Assembly (NCBI RefSeq): GCF_006345805.1
Contig: NC_043006.1
Span: forward strand, 27,094,001-27,158,000
Direction of reading: 5' to 3'
DNA from: Octopus sinensis
Taxonomy: Eukaryota
DNA length: 64,000 nt
Part shown: positions 51,794 through 64,000 of the stretch, in pieces
Position numbering within the stretch: the stretch's first letter is position 1
Layout: each line of letters begins with the position of its first letter
The notes under the pieces: generated by a model
The model's input: the letters and a program-made list of their open reading frames with translations, nothing else
What the model was told of the DNA's origin: nothing
Databases searched by the model: none
Translations under genes and position numbers: made by a program

Positions 51794-52220
51794 GGATCTT
51801 TTTGGTTTGAACGGCAGTTTTTAACAATATTTCTAGGTAACTAAAAAATTTTAGACTTCATATACTGGTAGAATGTGTTTATAAAACATCTTTTTCTCTT
51901 GGCTTTATTGAGAAAATTCTATAGTTTGTAAGATATTTGCTGTTTTTTTTTTCAATTTCTGCAATTTCAACCAATCGATGATGTCCATTGAGTTAAAAAA
52001 ACATTCTGTGCTGTATGAATATGTCCCTCGTTTAAGAAACAGATTGGGTTTATTTACATTTGTGAAGAAAAAAAGATACCCTTCCCCCCACCCCTAACCA
52101 TAACTAACCCTAACCCTAAAACAGATTGAAATGCAATAGATCGATACTAGGGTCATAATTATGGGTGACAATTTCATATGACACCGCTAGAAAAAACTGC
52201 CGTTCAAACCAAAAATATCC
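51794..52220. mobile_element. 427-bp MITE monomer with about 28-bp TIRs (GGATC...) and 8-bp TSD CATAGATG
   Basis: TIRs ggatctttttggtttgaacggcagttttt / aaaaactgccgttcaaaccaaaaatatcc. TSD at 51786-51793 and 52221-52228. Another right end of this family lies at 10-32. Confidence 0.9.
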
Positions 52221-52921
52221 CATAGATGTGTAGTGATTGTGCTGTTGAAGGAGACACGATTGCCTTAACACTATTGGTAGATGCTTTTAGTGTCTCTGTT
52301 CTGGAGTCATTACAGATTGGGCGTGAAGTGTTTAAATATCTGTCTAATCTGAGTTGTGCTGGCAATGCCTACTGCAAAGTGTAATTTTTAAAGTAAAGAA
52401 AGTCTAGAAGTTAGGGATAATAGCAAGGTTTCAGCTTGTGCACTGGCAACATTTGTGGGTGGATGAGTGAGAAGCATGAGAAATTGTGTATGTTTGACTT
52501 ACAGATGATGATGATTTTGTAGAAAAGAGAGGCAAAGTAAATTTTTTCAATGTCTGAGGAGATATGGTCAAAAAGGTGCTGATGGTTTGAGGAATTTAGA
52601 GAGTAATAGATGGGGACAAATGTATTTTTTAAAGTATGTTTTAGAACCACTTCATTGTGTCCATTTTTATTCATTCATTGGGAGTGAAACAGTTGTTTGG
52701 TCTGCCATTTTTATACAATATAGCCAACTTATTGAAGCTGATAGCGTGAAATCAATATTGTGAGATATTGGTTTTCACACTGACATTATTTCTTTGTGCA
52801 TTCTGCCTTTCGACATCTGTGATTTTCTTTAGAAATCTGTGGTGGTAGATTTCCAGTTGATTGCAATAAGCATTACATTAGTGAAGCAGTTATTCTATTG
52901 TTTGATTTCAATTATTTTCAG

Positions 52922-53019
52922 CTGAACAAAGTGATGAAGGAGAGTCCCTAAACACATCTAATAAAAATACTCGAGGTTCAGAAAATGTAGGATCTCAGAC
53001 TGAAAAATACACCACACAG
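52922..53019 (+). CDS. BRCA1: BRCA1 coding exon 12 (ends ...SQTEKYTTQ)
   Basis: ttttcag|CT...CAG|gtaaga, 98 nt. The terminal TTQ matches human ILTTQ at the exon 12/13 junction. Confidence 0.88.
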
Positions 53020-53751
53020 GTAAGAATGTTTTTATCTGCTTACTGATGCTTTAACTGACTAAGGTCCAAATCTCATTAAACGAACTTCTGCACCAGGTTT
53101 ATATTGAACTTGTTTTTACTAATTTAGGAGGTAAGTCCATGAAATAAGGTGACCTAGTGTCACAAATGTAAGAAATTGAAACATTTCGACATTGGCTGTA
53201 CTGCAGATTTATCCATTTGATGACCAGTTAAAAGACTAACTTTCTTTTTCTTATGTTTGGAAGTTTTTTTGATCTTGCAATCAGTGTATTTCTTCCCTAA
53301 TCTCACTTATAGCCAATTATCACAGCTCTGGCATTTTATGTGAAAAAATCATTTTTAACAACCTTCTGTGAGGGTATCTCTTTTCCTTTACTTGACCAAT
53401 AAGTTCTTGGCGCATCATTTTTTTTACCTTTGCATATATTTCATAAGAAATTCAGCAATTTGTGTTTGATTTTGTCAAATTGGGCTTTACCAAAGTTCAT
53501 TCTTATTGCACACTGTAAACTTAAAATTGTGATAAAATCTTTAAAGTCCTTCATTAACCTTACATCTTTCTATGGCTATAATTATTCTAACAGTCTCCTT
53601 AATCCATACTGATTTCTCTTTAATTGCTCATATGAACTTCTCTTATTTCTTTTTAAACATCTTTCGTGTCCTTCACAGTTTTCCTAACAAGTTTTTTTCT
53701 TCACCTTGACTGTGACTGAGTTATTAAGTAGGTCTCTGTTTATTTTTTCAA

Positions 53752-54160
53752 TAGATAGGCGCAGGAGTGGTTGTGTGGTAAGTAGCTTGCTTACCAACCA
53801 CATGGTTCTGGGTTCAGTCCCACTGCGTGGCATCTTGGGCAAGTGTCTCCTACTATAGTCCCGGGCTGACCAATGCCTTGTGAGTGGATTTGGTAGACGG
53901 AAACTGAAAGAAGCCTGTCGTATATATGTATATATGTGTGTATATGTTTGTGTGTCTGTGTTTGTCCCCTTAGCGTTGCTTGACAACCAATGCCGGTGTG
54001 TTTACGTCCCCGTCACTTAGCAGTTCGGCAAAAGAGACTGATAGAATAAGTACTGGGCTTACAAAGAATAAGTCCCGGGGTCGATTTGCTCGACTAAAGG
54101 CGGTGCTCCAGCATGGCCGCAGTCAAATGACTGAAACAAGTAAAAGAGTAAAAAGAGAGA
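53752..54160 (+). mobile_element. tRNA-derived SINE with internal microsatellite (family also at 49730-50142 and 51078-51484 minus; partial at 10140-10340, 4950-5028 and 9575-9725)
   Basis: Head ggcgcaggagtggttgtgtggtaag...gggttcagtccc, (TA/TG)n middle and conserved 3' body ending gtaaaagag. Confidence 0.88.
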
Positions 54161-54319
54161 GCTACATACCAACACCATTTAAAACATACAACCCATTTCT
54201 AGTAGTATCCTGGTGTGCCTCTTCATTCCATTGGGTTCGTTCTTTATATACTGAAGACTAGTTCAATATTGATATGGCTAAGTGGTCATCTCATTTACCT
54301 CTTAACGCCCTGTACTGCA

Positions 54320-54520
54320 TCATCATCATTTAATGCTCATTTTTCATGCTGGCATGAGTTGGATGGCTTGGCAGGAACTAGTAAGGCCAGGAGTCGCATC
54401 AGGTTCTGTAGTCTGTATTAGCTTGGTTTCTACGGCTGGATGTCCTTCCTAACATCAACCACTCCACAGTGCTTTTCAAGTAACACTGGCACCATCACTG
54501 GTACTTTTTACATGGCTTCT
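54320..54520 (-). mobile_element. RTE 3'-tail fragment (old)
   Basis: catcatcatttaatg...tttctacggctggatgtccttcctaac. Confidence 0.8.
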
Positions 54521-56555
54521 TGGTTTTAGGATCTCAATTCTATTGTTGTGGATGGGTCTTCTCAATTACAGCAATGTGCCACATATCTTGGTTCTCTGTC
54601 ATCTTCTTCATAAGGTTCAGTATGTTTAAGTGCCATTGGAAAACTGGAATTAAGCTAGAAACAAACTTTAGCTTCATTTTAGAAAGGCCTTCCTATCATG
54701 AGATTTCCTATTTGCATCATGTACAGGTGTATGCATGCTCAATCCTATTGCATCATGCATGCTTCTCTACTATGAGCTGCTTTTTTGTTTTTCCTGTCAA
54801 TACAATTCATATTTCCTGCAGTCAGTGTTTTTTGTTCTATGCCTTATTTGTGATACTGCTATAAAGTCGATTACTTCGTTGTCGTTGTCGTCAGAACTAG
54901 AGCATGTACGCTAAAATATGAGAGAGCAAAAGCTGTTTGAATGGCCCAAATGTCAGTCATACGAAAGAAAAATTCATTGGCTCTTGATGGACAAAGACAG
55001 GTACATGTTACATTTGGCAACATTTTCTTTAGCTGTTCAGTGTGAATAATGGGTCAGAGATGGTAGAGGACTTTGGTGGCACCTTGAGTGTCAGCGGCAA
55101 CTTTTGGCAGAAGATGCGAGTTGCTGCAGAGCCAAATAATAGCAGTTGAACTACAGGAGTTTTACAAGGAACAAATTATCCAGTTTGTATGATATGCCCC
55201 GTTTTTACGTTTACATGCCATACTTGCTTGGAAGTTAATTTATTTGATGTTGTATTTTTCTCTTGTTGATATTTAATTACTATTATGTTGTTTACACAGT
55301 TGACATCTTATTAGGAATGTTTTCCTCCTATTCTGAAATTATATTTTACTCTTTGAACCTTGACTGAAGTTAAAAGAAAGCCTGGAGATATTGATAAGAC
55401 ATTGCCAAGAATGTTGCTCAAGAAAAACCAGTGTGACTGTGCTAATAATAAGTTATTACACAAATAGTGTTGACCTCAAAACGTATGAACTCCCTGTCAT
55501 CCTGCTCCCAGTTGACATTACAGTTTGTATCATTATATTGTAGCATAGTTTCTTATGATATTTTTTATGTAGTCAGAGCTTGTCCATTTCAAAGGATCTA
55601 TGCCCATTCCCTTACATTAGGTAGACCAAAATTGAAATACTGAAGCAAGTTGATGAAACAAGTATTTTTGTAGTGTTTCACTTTAACTAAACAACCATTT
55701 TTGAAGAAAATTCAGTTATGGTTAATCTCAGGTTATTCAACATATATTCAATCAAAGGATAAAGTAATAAAAAAAATTATACATAAAACATAGTAAAAAT
55801 AATGATAAAAAAGAGACATAAAGGTACCAAATAAAGGATAAGATTGGCTAGTTCCACATAAAAACTTGTAGGATATTGTGTGCACCTTTTAAAATTGTTT
55901 AATCATATAATCTAACATCGTTGTTTTGGGAAGGTCATTATGCCAATAATAATAAACATATGCATTTGTTCAATATCACTTGTTTATTGTTAGTCAATCT
56001 AACCAACTAATTTGGTCGTTTGTTTAATATGTTGGTTAAACAATCAACTGGTTGTTTGTTTGCCAGTCTTTTCATTGCTATTCACAACCTCATCAATGAC
56101 CACCTTGAGCCTATGTTCTGCTGTCTAAAAGGCAGAATAACCACCTGACAGGTCCACTTCATTAAAGAATGCATTGCCTATAGGCTATACACTAAATCCA
56201 TTAATTTGGCTGTTAGACAGCTCATACTTATGAAATACCAAGCAAGAAATATCTCTTTTTAGAGATAAATTCAAGGCAGACCTTAAAGAAAGAGAGCATG
56301 TCATTGATGAGGTCACAAATAATGATGAAAGGATTTTGACAAATGATTGATTAGGTAGTTGGTTAGATATTTGACCAATTGACTAACAATAAAGAAGTGA
56401 TATTGAACAAGCGTGTGTTTAGTATTATTGGTGTAATGACCCTCCTGAGACTCAGTAAGATTTGTTTCAACAGATGAATTTACATCAAGAAGCTTGTAAA
56501 CCAAATACAAAAACGAAATACTCTAACATTGTTTAATAGTACTATAAAAAATATA

Positions 56556-56870
56556 TCATCATCATCAAACGTTCGTTTTCTATGCTGGCATGGGTTGGAC
56601 GATTAGACTGAAAACTGGTAAGCCAGGGAGTTGCACCAGGTTCAATCTGATTTGACATGGTTTCTATGGTTGGATGCCCTTCCTAATACCAACCACTCCA
56701 AGAGTGCAATAGGTGCTTTTTACGTGCTACTGGCATGGGTGCCATTGATGTGACACTGGCATTGGCCATGACTATGGTGTCACTTGGCTTGACAAGTCTT
56801 CTCAAGCATGATATATTGCTAAAGGTCTCGGTCACCTGTCACTGCCTCTGTGAGGCCCAACACTCGAACC
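56556..56870 (-). mobile_element. RTE 3'-tail fragment
   Basis: Same tail core and gcctctgtgaggcccaacactcgaa motif. Confidence 0.8.
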
Positions 56871-57139
56871 AAATGTGAATGCAATGAAAAAGCAAGCTCT
56901 GATGGAAAGTTGTTTTTTGATTCTGTTTAGCTTTGTGTCCATACCTAGTTGTAAGATAATGATTTTTAACTTAGGCACAAAGCCAGATATTCTGAGAGAG
57001 AGAACAGTCAAATATATCAACCCCCATAGTTTTTAGCGGGAACTTTTCTTTATTAGACTGGGAGGAGAACAACAAAGTGAAGGTGATCAGTTGTTTTTTA
57101 GTTATCTTTTATTACACATGACCATTATATTTGTTGCAG

Positions 57140-57386
57140 TTTTGTACCTACCTGGAAAATGATTTGGTTGAAATGAAAAGACAAATTGCATTACTGGAAG
57201 CTAAATTAGGTATGGATGACTCAACTATTAATGAAGATACCGACTGTAGAGATGAGTTAAAACTTACACCATGTCCAGAAGCAGAGATTCCAACGCCAGA
57301 TGGTAACTTGATAAAAACCATGGATTGTGATAATAAATACATGAGACTGAGCAGTGATGAAGATGTCATTCCAGATTCTTTTCCAG
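57140..57386 (+). CDS. BRCA1: BRCA1 coding exon 13 (PALB2-binding-type coiled coil)
   Basis: ttgcag|TTT...CCAG|gtataa. LENDLVEMKRQIALLEAKL aligns with human MQHNLIKLQQEMAELEAVL. Confidence 0.92.
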
Positions 57387-57511
57387 GTATAAGTTCCTGC
57401 TGTATTCATTTTTTTTCCTATTAACTCTTTCTTTCATTAATTGATTAATTTATTGGGTGTTTAGTTTATTGATTAAGTCTTTCTGAAAAGAAAACAAACT
57501 TCGTTTTGCAG

Positions 57512-57863
57512 AAGAACCTACAACTGACGTTGAAAAATGTCTGACATTTGATGACAGTAAAAAGTCAGCAACAGAAGACAGTGAGGAATTATTTTTCTCT
57601 CCCTCATTTCAAGGATCTTCATCTGCAGCTTGCTATCCCAAGGTCCAGAATAGAAAGAAAAGAAGCCAGCATGATAATAGGAATCGCTCGCGAAATAAAG
57701 TTAAATGCAAAAAAAATGTACCCATTATTGAAAGTGATGAATCTGATACTTCAGTTGTTTTAGCTGATGAGGACGGAAATGGTTCAGTTGACAAGGAAGA
57801 AGTCATTCCATCAGACATTACTGGCAAACAATTACCTGAGAACAAATCCCATAAACATTTGAA
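57512..57863 (+). CDS. BRCA1: BRCA1 coding exon 14
   Basis: ttttgcag|AA...AA|gtaaag, 352 nt open frame, phase 1 to 2. Confidence 0.85.
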
Positions 57864-58517
57864 GTAAAGTCAATTTTCTATAATTTCAAATATTGATTGT
57901 TGACCTGATTCTAAATTCTTACAAACCTTTCCATGTTTCATCCACTCCTTGTTCCTCTCTCTCTCTCCTCCCTCCCCTTTCTGTCTCTCTCTCCCCCTCC
58001 CCCCTCTCTCTTTCTTTCTCTCTCTGTGCATGAGGAATATTTAATTATACATTGCATACTGCTAATACTTAATTCTCATATCTAATACTAAGGTGTTATC
58101 TATAATACCTTCTGATACTTTTGAGTGTAGCTGAAAGATTAAGTGAATGCTTACATTTTTGTAGCTCATTAGAAATGGCTCTTAACCCTTTAACTGTGGA
58201 AAGCAGATATATCCATTTAAAATTTCATTACCCTGGAAAGCAGTTTTATATATCAATCTATTTTTTGTTGAGGAATGTCATGTTTGGAACTATTTTCTCT
58301 TGTGATATGTCAAGTTTACTGAGGCTTGCAGTAATACCAATTCTATTTCTATTTTTGGTAGATATTAAACTTCATCAATGAACTAACCATGAAATATAAT
58401 TTCGCAGTTAAAGGGTTAATTGTACTTTATCTGATCAGTTAAAAGATTTTCATGTATCAAATTACACTTTGCCATTGATTTATTTGTTTCTAATATATAC
58501 ATTTATAATTTTTGCAG

Positions 58518-58695
58518 TAAAAGTAAAAACAGTATCAAATGTGAACCTTCTCACAATTCATCAAATCCATTTAAGTCTTTTGTTAATATTGACTTTGATC
58601 AGAAAGAAGAGGAAGTGCAGTTTGACATGCAGTCAACTAACAGACTTAAGCAGATAAAATATCTTGTTGCTACAGGCTTGTCAAATGTTGATGTG
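58518..58695 (+). CDS. BRCA1: BRCA1 coding exon 15 (start of BRCT1)
   Basis: tttgcag|T...GTG|gtaaat. YLVATGLSNVDV versus human SMVVSGLTPEEF; Thr sits at the S1655-equivalent position. Confidence 0.9.
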
Positions 58696-59134
58696 GTAAA
58701 TATATGTTCTGATTTTTACTAATGTTCATAAATATGGAAGCTGCTGTACACTATAAAATACTGTAGTCATTAAATCATCATCATTAACAATGATAATTAG
58801 AAAAGAAGTTGATCATATATATCTGTGCAATTAGTCTATTGATAAATACCCTTTTAATTATAACTAGATTCTCTTCATTTTATCATAGAAACATCAGAAA
58901 ATATTGAATGTTTTATCGATTCTCATTGGAAATACATATTTAAAAATTTTATAGTGTTATTTTTAGGACATTTTTGCTAGTCCTACATTAAATATTTTTT
59001 AAGACATTGAACAATATAGCTTCATTACTGTTGCCTTTGCTACTGCCAATGTCATATCAACATAGTGGTGGTGGTATGGCATTGTTGTTGTTGAAGGAGC
59101 AGAGACACATTCACTATGAATGTGTCCTTCAAAA

Positions 59135-59808
59135 TTTGTGCCAGTGGCACGTAAAAAGCACCATCCGATTGTGGCCGTTTGCCAGCCTTGTCTGGCACCT
59201 GTGCCGGTGGCACGTAAAAAGCATCCACTACACTCACAGAGTGGTTGGCGTTAGGAAGGGCATCCAGCCGTAGAAACATTGCCAGATCAGACTGGGCCTG
59301 GTGCTAAACAATGATGATGATGAAAGATGTATAAACAGATAAGGTAAATCTACTGCACAAAACCGAATATCAATTTGGGAGGGAGAAATGTTAAAGAAAG
59401 TTGCAAGAGCTTCAGAGATGGTTGCTGACATGTTGGAAACATGAAGGTTAGTTGGTGCTATTAATGGCCCTTCATGTAACTAAACAGCTTAATCAGTAGG
59501 GGGGAGACATGTCAAGCCAAGTGAAATTGTGGTTGTGGCCAGTGTCGGTGAAATGTAAAAGTCACCTGTGCTGGTGACACATTAAAGGCATCCATGCTGG
59601 TGATGCGTAAAAGGCACCTGTACTGGTGACATGTAAAAGATACTCAGAACCGCTGTAAAGTGGTTAACATTAGGAAAGGCCTCTAACTGTAGAAATCAAT
59701 CCAAAACTGACAACTGGAGCCTGGTGTGACTCTCCAGCTTACCAGCTCTGGTCAAACCATCTAATGCGTGCCAGCATGGAAGATGGATGTTAAATGATGA
59801 TGATGATG
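59135..59808 (+). mobile_element. Two RTE 3'-tail fragments (about 59135-59322 and 59510-59808)
   Basis: GGCACGTAAAAAGCAC repeats and (GAT)n tails. Confidence 0.8.
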
Positions 59809-60997
59809 AATGAAGGTGATAGCAAAAATCATTGAACATCTTTTGAGTAGGTTCATTTTAGCTTGCAACTGGTTCTAGAATCATATATACTGTACTTTTG
59901 GTAAGACAGCTAACTATTAGAGTTGTGAGCAGTTAAAACAAAGATTTTATAATCTGGGAGGAAATGAGGTAATTAGGAATGGACGAATGGCTTGTAACAG
60001 CCATCTTAGCCATTTTCTTATTTATTTATTTTGTTAGAGTTGCTTATGATCTTTGAAAGCTAAAGACTGGTTGAATAACAGATCTACATGTGTTTTGTAG
60101 CTGTTTTTCAGCTTTGGTGAAATGACAGCCCTGAGTCAGGGATGTTATTCTCATTTTATAATGAATTATAGTGATATCTCAAGCTACATTAGATTTCATT
60201 GTATCGATGTAACAATTTCTATCTGTATTGTAGTTATTGAAGATCCTTTTTAACCCTTTAGCATTCAAACTGGCCATATCTGGCCAAAATATTTAACTTG
60301 TTTTATATTGAAACTGACCAGATCTTGCCTCTCACCTCAGCCCTACCATGTCATTCTAAAACTAAAAAATCACATTACTGAAATCTCTAAACTACAAGAT
60401 AATGCAGGATTAATTCAAACCATTTTAAATAAACAAACATCACATTTGACAGAATAATCTGAACACTAAAGGGTTAATGTGTATTTTCTGCTGGGTTACT
60501 TCTGTGTGTGTGAAATTTTTGTTATGAAAGGAAATCATTGTACTATCCCAACTTCAGGGGTAACTTTTATTTCCCTAATTGTGTTTTTCTTTTTATGTCT
60601 GTCTCTGTAATGGCTGTGTCTGGAGATGTGATAATTGTGGTATTTGATGTATTTGTTTTGTTTTAAAACAATTGACATTTAACACTTCTGCATAAGACAT
60701 GTTTGAATATATGTTATAAGCTTCCTGTAGTTTGCAGGAGAGCTTTATTGATAACTTTTGATAACTTATTGATAACAGTTTGTTTTTATATTATTTACTA
60801 TTGAGTTAATATTTGATGCTTTTTTAATCTAAATTATTTTCAACTTGGTACTAAATACCAAGTTGCTACTGACTGAAATAATTATTGGTTCTCTTTCATA
60901 TTAAGTGTCATTCAACACTGAAAAATAAGTTCTCTTGAATAGAAATTTCTGCACATACAGACTTGAATTTAATGATAGATAATCAATATATTTGCAG

Positions 60998-61085
60998 CAT
61001 AAACTCAAACAGTTTTGTGATAAAGTTGGGTATAAGTTTTCTTCGCAATTTTCGTCAGAAGTAACGCATGTTATAGTAAAGACAG
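60998..61085 (+). CDS. BRCA1: BRCA1 coding exon 16 (BRCT1)
   Basis: tttgcag|CAT...ACAG|gtaagc, 88 nt like human exon 17, HKLKQFCDKVGYKFSSQFSSEVTHVIVKT. Confidence 0.94.
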
Positions 61086-62162
61086 GTAAGCAGAATTTTG
61101 CATACATTCTCTAATTAGGATATAAATTAAAATGTTCAGTTGAAGTATAGTTTCATCATATCTGTTGAAATATTGATTTCAAATTTTGGTACTAGGCCAG
61201 TACTTTTGGGGGAGGAAATAATTCGATTACATCACCCACAGTATTCAACAGGTACTTGTTTTATTGACCCCAGAAAGATGAAAGGTGGAATTTGAACTCA
61301 GAGCCTAAGACAAATGAAATGTCACTAAGCATTTTGCTGGTGTGCTAATGATTCTGCTTGCTTGACACCGTTTAATCTGTTGAGATATTAAAAACTGAAT
61401 CCTTTATACAGAATTGTATTTTTGGTGAGGGAGCAAGAGATTATGAAGATGGCATGTTTGATATGTTGAATCTATTGATCCTTACTTGACTGTGTCATAG
61501 GTATTTTTTGTTGATAATACTTTTAGCAGATTTGGTTTCTTTCTTTCTGGACATTTCTTTTTGAAATAATTATCATTAAACAATTCCAAGTAAAGATTTT
61601 TGTCTGTGTAAATCAAGAAACAAATGGTATTTCTATTCCTTATATGGACTTTCTTGATGATGTAAAGGTATTTAGTATGAAAAATATGTAGACCATATTC
61701 AACTCTTATATCCGCAAAGAAAAAAAAATGTAACAAATTAATTGGCTTTAATGTGGATGGTTCATGAAAAGATTCACTCACCCTAGCAGGTAACAGTCAC
61801 TGATTCACAGATCACTGTTTCTTCTCTGCATCTTTCAACAACTTCAGCTCTCCTGAACTAGCAAGCTGTGTAACTATCCACCACCTAAACCAGCCTGATG
61901 CCTTTCTCATTTTTTTCTCTTATCATCTTAGTTTCTTTACCTACAAACTTCACGCTAAAAAACTTTCCTCAGGAGTACAAACCTCAGAATATATCTATAA
62001 ATATTTAACAAAAAAGTTTAGCTGTGATGAACCTTTTAGCATGCTTGTTACTTTTGTTTGATGTGGTTATCATATCACTAATTGCTATGTTAACCTTTAT
62101 TAACATTGATGCTTTTACTCATACTGGCCTTTCAAACAGTAAGAGACAAATATCTTGTTTAG

Positions 62163-62287
62163 TATCTCCACAGGTGCGTTACTGTGATCGTACACTGAAA
62201 TATTTTCAGGGAATTGCCCATAAATGTTGGGTTGTATCTTTCCAATGGATAGAGCAATCTATGAAGAGTGAGATACCATTAAAAGAG
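62163..62287 (+). CDS. BRCA1: BRCA1 coding exon 17 (BRCT1 core)
   Basis: tgtttag|TA...GAG|gtagta. [22 protein letters not shown] versus human [22 protein letters not shown]. Confidence 0.95.
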
Positions 62288-62999
62288 GTAGTAAAAGTTT
62301 ATTTCTTCATTTTCTTTTGTTACTTTAATTCAAGCTAATAGCTGTTATTGTACTAAACAATCTCTTCTCTCTAATGCTATGGAATTTTTTAACATTTTAG
62401 GGAAGTATTTCAACATATATGTTATATATTATTGTAGCATGCTTATGGCCTAATGAAACCCTGCAGAGACCAGTGTATAAAATAGCTGAAGTAAAACTTG
62501 GAATGTCTAAGACAAAATTACTCAACGTGAAGCTCTGAACTGTTAATTACTTTTGACTTAGAATTGTTTTACTAAATTTGTTTATTTTTCTGTGGACAAA
62601 ACAGATATGTGGTTTGTGAGGAGTTAGATCAGGGGTCTCCCAAGAGCTCAATATTGAGCTGTGGGGGTCAATGGGACTATTCAAAGGGTCAATAAATGCC
62701 TGGGGGTAAAAAGGGAGTTGATAAATGCCAGGGTCAAATGTTGACATTTGTTTAAGAAGTAAAAATACATAAAATACAACTTGCTTATACACATTTTTAA
62801 TTGAGCTATAATAATGGCCAGTGTATGGTTATATATTTGAAGGAAATATCTATGTGATGACTGAGGAAGTAAGGAGGTGATGACAGACTCTAGAAAACAT
62901 AGAAACTGCACATCTACTAAATTATTATTAATTTATATTTTGTACATGCCTGAGGTTGCTGAGGGATCAATGATTCCATGAAAAAGTTTGGGGATCCTT

Positions 63000-63200
63000 G
63001 CGTTTGATGTTTCCATTACCAGTCATGGGTTGGATGGTTTGACAGGAGCTGACAAGCTAGAGGGCTGTACCAGGCTCCAGTCATGTTTTGGCATGATTTC
63101 TACAGCTGGATGCCCTTCTTAATGCCAACCACTTTACAGTACTGGGTGCTTTTTACATGGCATTTGCAGAGATGCTTTTTATGTGGTACCAGAACCTGTG
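63000..63200 (-). mobile_element. RTE 3'-tail fragment
   Basis: gggttggatggtttgac...tacagctggatgcccttc core. Confidence 0.75.
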
Positions 63201-63560
63201 TAGTTGCTAAGTAGCTTGCGATACAAGGACATCTCAGCTGAGAGAGGGAAAACAACCAGAAGTTGCTGTGAGCAAAGTGAGAGGTTGAAGTATGGTAATG
63301 TCATAGATCATTGGATCAGGACCAACCAGGGTTACACAACCACAACAAGAAGCAGTTTCATTGTTAGTTACAACAGTGAAGACAATTTTCATATAACTGT
63401 TTATGTTGTTTAAAAGAATATTGGAAAGATGAGCTGTATCAGATTTATACTCCTTATTTATTGGCATTACATCTATTTCCTTCTGAACCTGCTGAATTAT
63501 TTTATTTTGTTTTATACTAGTGAATGAAAACAGATTACTAAGCTGTCTTTTGGTTTTTAG

Positions 63561-63696
63561 GCTAATTTTGAAATCACTGGTGATACTGTTAATGGTAAAC
63601 ATCACAGAGGGCCAACACGATCACGTCTATCAAATACAAATCTTTTAACATCCTATCAAATTTATTTTACTGGGGAAACCTCTGAACTACCATTAG
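63561..63696 (+). CDS. BRCA1: BRCA1 coding exon 18 (BRCT linker and start of BRCT2)
   Basis: tttttag|GCT...TAG|gttagt. ANFEITGDTVNGKHHRGPTRSR versus human [22 protein letters not shown]. The remaining exons lie beyond the window. Confidence 0.95.
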
Positions 63697-64000
63697 GTTA
63701 GTATCTTAATCTTTCTTTTTATCTTCACTTTGTCTCCCTTTGTCTAATAGTATTGGCATAATAAAAACTATGAAAAGAATTTAAATACACAAAAATTAAT
63801 ATATACTCAAATATACAAGGTATCCCAGAAGTCGTGCACCATTCTGGTTTTCATTTAAAATAATTAAAGCATTTTGTTTTATTATATTATATTTTTTTCA
63901 GCATGTTTTATTGTAGAGGGTGCTCAATTTGAGCATTTGTTATGATTAATTTCAATAACGTGTTTTTGAAATCACTAAAGGTATATTCTTTTAAAAAACC

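Noticed and set aside
54895-55000. Possible exon ending GACAG|gtacat
   Set aside because: I found no acceptor that gives an open phase-0 frame, and the TTQ|coiled-coil junction matches human without it.
62024-62162. 5' part of the 104-aa ORF 62024-62338 as coding, or the cag|GTG acceptor at 62173
   Set aside because: The upstream part is intron-like, and the 62173 acceptor is phase 0, whereas the previous exon ends in phase 1.
63810-63860. Tc1/mariner-like TIR start (tacaaggtatcccagaagtc)
   Set aside because: No partner TIR or transposase is visible before the window ends.

Overview
AT-rich, microsatellite- and retroelement-dense animal genomic DNA. The repeat content suggests an octopus or other cephalopod, but this is inference only. 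The window holds most of a + strand BRCA1 orthologue. I could phase-join 18 coding exons by hand, from ATG 3970 to 63696 (about 1784 codons). They encode the RING finger, a 2.5-kb central exon, the TQ plus PALB2-type coiled coil, and BRCT1 with the start of BRCT2; the gene continues past the window. Upstream is a CpG-rich segment with an E2F site and two candidate minus-strand exons of a divergent transcript. The introns contain RTE-clade LINEs with an embedded PHD-like finger, their 3'-tail fragments, tRNA-derived SINEs, mariner and Tx1 remnants, Penelope-like elements (PLEs) and a MITE with 8-bp TSDs. Most notable are: (i) a 2-kb-arm inverted PLE pair in BRCA1 intron 2 with a canonical type I hammerhead ribozyme at each outer end, one of them sense to the BRCA1 pre-mRNA; (ii) a BRCA1 exon with three phase-compatible 5' splice sites, the strongest of which includes stop codons; (iii) a fold-back dimer of the MITE that carries its own TSD. 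All calls were made by eye with no database searches.
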